64,000 nucleotides of DNA from Hormiphora californensis (lineage: Eukaryota > Animalia > Ctenophora). The stretch spans positions 1,054,001 through 1,118,000 of the forward strand of contig CM035353.1 of NCBI GenBank assembly GCA_020137815.1, given 5' to 3'. The stretch's first letter is position 1, and each line of letters opens with the position of its first letter. Below, piece after piece: positions 61,394 to 64,000 of this stretch. A program made the position numbers and the translations under genes. The notes below the pieces were generated by a model, which had not been told where the DNA came from, did no database searches, and saw only the letters and a list, made by a program, of their open reading frames with translations.

Positions 61394-63690
61394 ATAACTC
61401 CCTCCTGCGCGGGCAGATAATCAATAGACGCACTGCAGAGCAGTGCGTCTATTGAGCTGTAATGCACGGGTCCCGAAGGGACCGTGCGTTACAGCCCTGT
61501 AAATCCCGAGCGTCAGCGAGGGGTTTACAGGTATATCTGCACGCAAGGGAGGGAGTTGTGTTCTTATATAGACCCCGCTGGCGGGCACCTAGAAGCAAAA
61601 CAAGCACAATTTACGTGGTTCTCAAACAGAGAGCTCACACAAAACGGGTCAAATAGTTGGAAATGAAGCTACAAAGTGCTTCTCTACATTCCTACACACT
61701 CGTACCAATCGTTTTAACAAATCAAAAAGGTGGAATATGGAGAGAGAGATAACAGTTAATTGTGGATCAAGAGGAACAGTTGCCAACAGACTGGCGGGCG
61801 CCAAATCTAGACAGAGAGCTTAGTTGGTTGTACACACACTCCCTCTTGTGTTGTCATGTCATTTTATCGTGTTTCCAGTGATTCTTTGTGATCTTTACAC
61901 AAATCTGTCAGAGGGCGTGCGTCTATCGAGACACAAACTCACGGCAGTGCACGGCGCAATAGACCAGTGCAAATTGTTCGCGCGGGGCGGGCGTCTATTT
62001 GAGCGAGCGGGGTCTATAACATTGTAATAAGGCGTTGGCGGACGACAATCAGATCACATTGCACGGTATCGTCTGGTGTGACTGTGAGCGGCGCTTACCA
62101 ATACCAGATCTCATCGTTTATCCCTCCCTAATTTTGAACTTAGAATCTATTGCGGATGGTATTTATATTGGAGCTCTAAATCCATGAGAACATGGTCAAA
62201 ATTTCTCATATAACTATCGATCTAATAAACACTACGCCCCGTGCCGCTATGATGTCTTTGTTTACTGCACAGAGGATATTGCGGTGTCAAACATTGTGGT
62301 CAGATCAAGGAAATAAAATAGAGTTGGACAGAGAGGGAGAATAGGGAGAAATAGAGAGGGAGAGGGCAAGAGAGAACTAGAAGGTTAGAGAGAACTAGAA
62401 GGTTAGAGAGAGAAGGTTAGAGAGAGATCTTAAACAAAACTCGCTGGTGTAAAAAATATGCGAGCGTAGTACCAGACTAACAAACGTCAATAATATAAAC
62501 TTCTAGTTTTCTCCTATGCAGGATTCAAACAATTTTAAGTTCTAACAGTTATCATACCCACCGGCTATTTGGGAACGATATGCAGTAAGCTGGCCCTTTT
62601 GAAATAATTATCTGGAGCTCTCTACTCCTAGGGCGAAAAAGATCCAAAAAATAGATTTGTTATATTTTTGGAGGTACATGTTTGTACTACACAAATTTTG
62701 CATCCCACTTCAATTATTCCCCAATCACGATAGGATTTATATGGCAAGTCACGCGTGAATTGATGTTCTAAGCCCCCTTTAAAAACCTGTCTTGCGCCGC
62801 GACCCCATCTGAGCGCGGCAGTGCTCAGAATCAAATGGGGTACAGGGTAGAACAAGGCAACACGTGAACACACTATTAAGCACGAAGTTCTAAATCAGTC
62901 AAATTAATTCAAAGTTTCGTTACTATAGTGCACCCTAATTGGTCGTGCCTCAAATAAAGCAAGACATTTTTTTAGGTTATGCACTTTTAGAATACGCTTA
63001 CTAAATACCAACGCACTGAGCCACGGTTAACCATTGACCACTGAACCACTGAACCAACGATATTTTCTAGGCATAATGAAATTACAGTCGGTTAGGGTTA
63101 GGGTTAGGGTTAGGGTGATGGTTAGGGCGATGGTTAGGGTGATGGTTAGTGTGATGGTTAGGGTGATGGTTAGGGTGATGGTTAGGGTTATGGTTAGGGT
63201 GATGGTTAGGGTGATGGTTAGGGTTATGGTTAGGGTTATGGTTAGGGTTATGGTTTGGGCTAAGTTTGGACGATGGTTTGGGTAAATGCCCTCCCTGCCA
63301 TTCGGCAGGGAGGGCAGGAAATAGGGGTCAAATGCCCTACATGCCAACGGCGATCTCATCCTAATTTAGTCGGCATGTAGGGCATTAGAGGACCGTCGGC
63401 AGGGAGGGGGCGACTCATACGTAACGTGGCAATATAGGAGCAACGTGGCCAATATAGAAGCACGCATGGTTGATCTGGCGCGTGCTCCTATATTGCCACG
63501 TTGCTCCTATATTGCCACGTTACTTATTGCCACATTGGCCCACACTGGAGTTTCAAAACAGGTAGTGTAGTAGTATAGGTGTACCAGTAGGTCAGCCTAG
63601 TATCGGACTAAAGACAAAATACCATTTCCTGTTTTGCCCCTTAAAACTGGGGTTCTCTGAGCTGTATCAACCAGCACAACTACACTCAAC

Positions 63691-64000
63691 ATGTTCTCCA
63701 AGATTTGTCTGTTTGCCCTTCTGGCTCTCGTTGCCGCGAAGCGTCCTCCCCGATTCCCCCAGGACTTCAGATGGAGCTCGGCCGGACCCGTCAGGGGATG
63801 GAGGTGTGTCCAGATCATTGAACCTGCCGAGCCTCCCCAAACCACCTGGAGGGACAACTACTTCTGCCAGCACCCCCACACTCAAGACATTGGAATGCAG
63901 TGGAGTTACGCCGGACCCATCAAGGGAAAGAAGTGTGTCCAGATCAAGGAAGGAGCTGACCCTCACACATGGCATGATAACTACCTGTGCACCAACCACA
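63691..64000 (+). CDS. Second copy of the secreted WxDNYxC-repeat protein (runs off the window end)
   Basis: ATG at 63691: MFSKICLFALLALVAAKRPPRFPQ...; I see 1 amino-acid and 2 synonymous differences from the 56269-56691 copy. Absent from the ORF track because there is no stop in the window. Confidence 0.85.
   Translation, partial: MFSKICLFALLALVAAKRPPRFPQDFRWSSAGPVRGWRCVQIIEPAEPPQTTWRDNYFCQHPHTQDIGMQWSYAGPIKGKKCVQIKEGADPHTWHDNYLCTNH

Overview
Repeat-rich eukaryotic (animal) genomic DNA, not prokaryotic: GT-AG introns, no rRNA, tRNA or CRISPR seen. The short repeat families recall comb-jelly (Pleurobrachia-type ctenophore) DNA, but that is from memory and unverified. Genes reconstructed by hand: (1) a 16-exon RFX4-like transcription factor on the minus strand (40063-48205, about 704 aa). 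Its DBD-completing exon is present twice, with an ORF1-only LINE-like element between the copies, and its introns carry X-box-like motifs. (2) A 2-exon signal peptide + Ly6/three-finger-like + TM protein (2017-2553, minus). (3) Two head-to-head copies of a small secreted protein with three 'WxxAGP..C...E.....WxDNYxC' repeats (56269-56691 minus; 63691 to beyond the window end, plus), lying in a large inverted duplication. The rest is a transposon landscape: intron-containing hAT-like and decayed Sola- and pogo-like transposase fragments, long foldback elements with TAGTAG...CTACTA ends and 3-bp TSDs (Academ-like), TA-, TAA-, 5-, 8- and 9-bp-TSD MITEs (several with their empty site also in the window), and a non-autonomous Helitron. 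There is also a shuffled module mosaic (5-15 kb), a tandem-duplicated block around a 100-N gap (22-32 kb) and a 57-bp satellite with a modular higher-order structure (50.5-56 kb). Most ORF-track entries are spurious.
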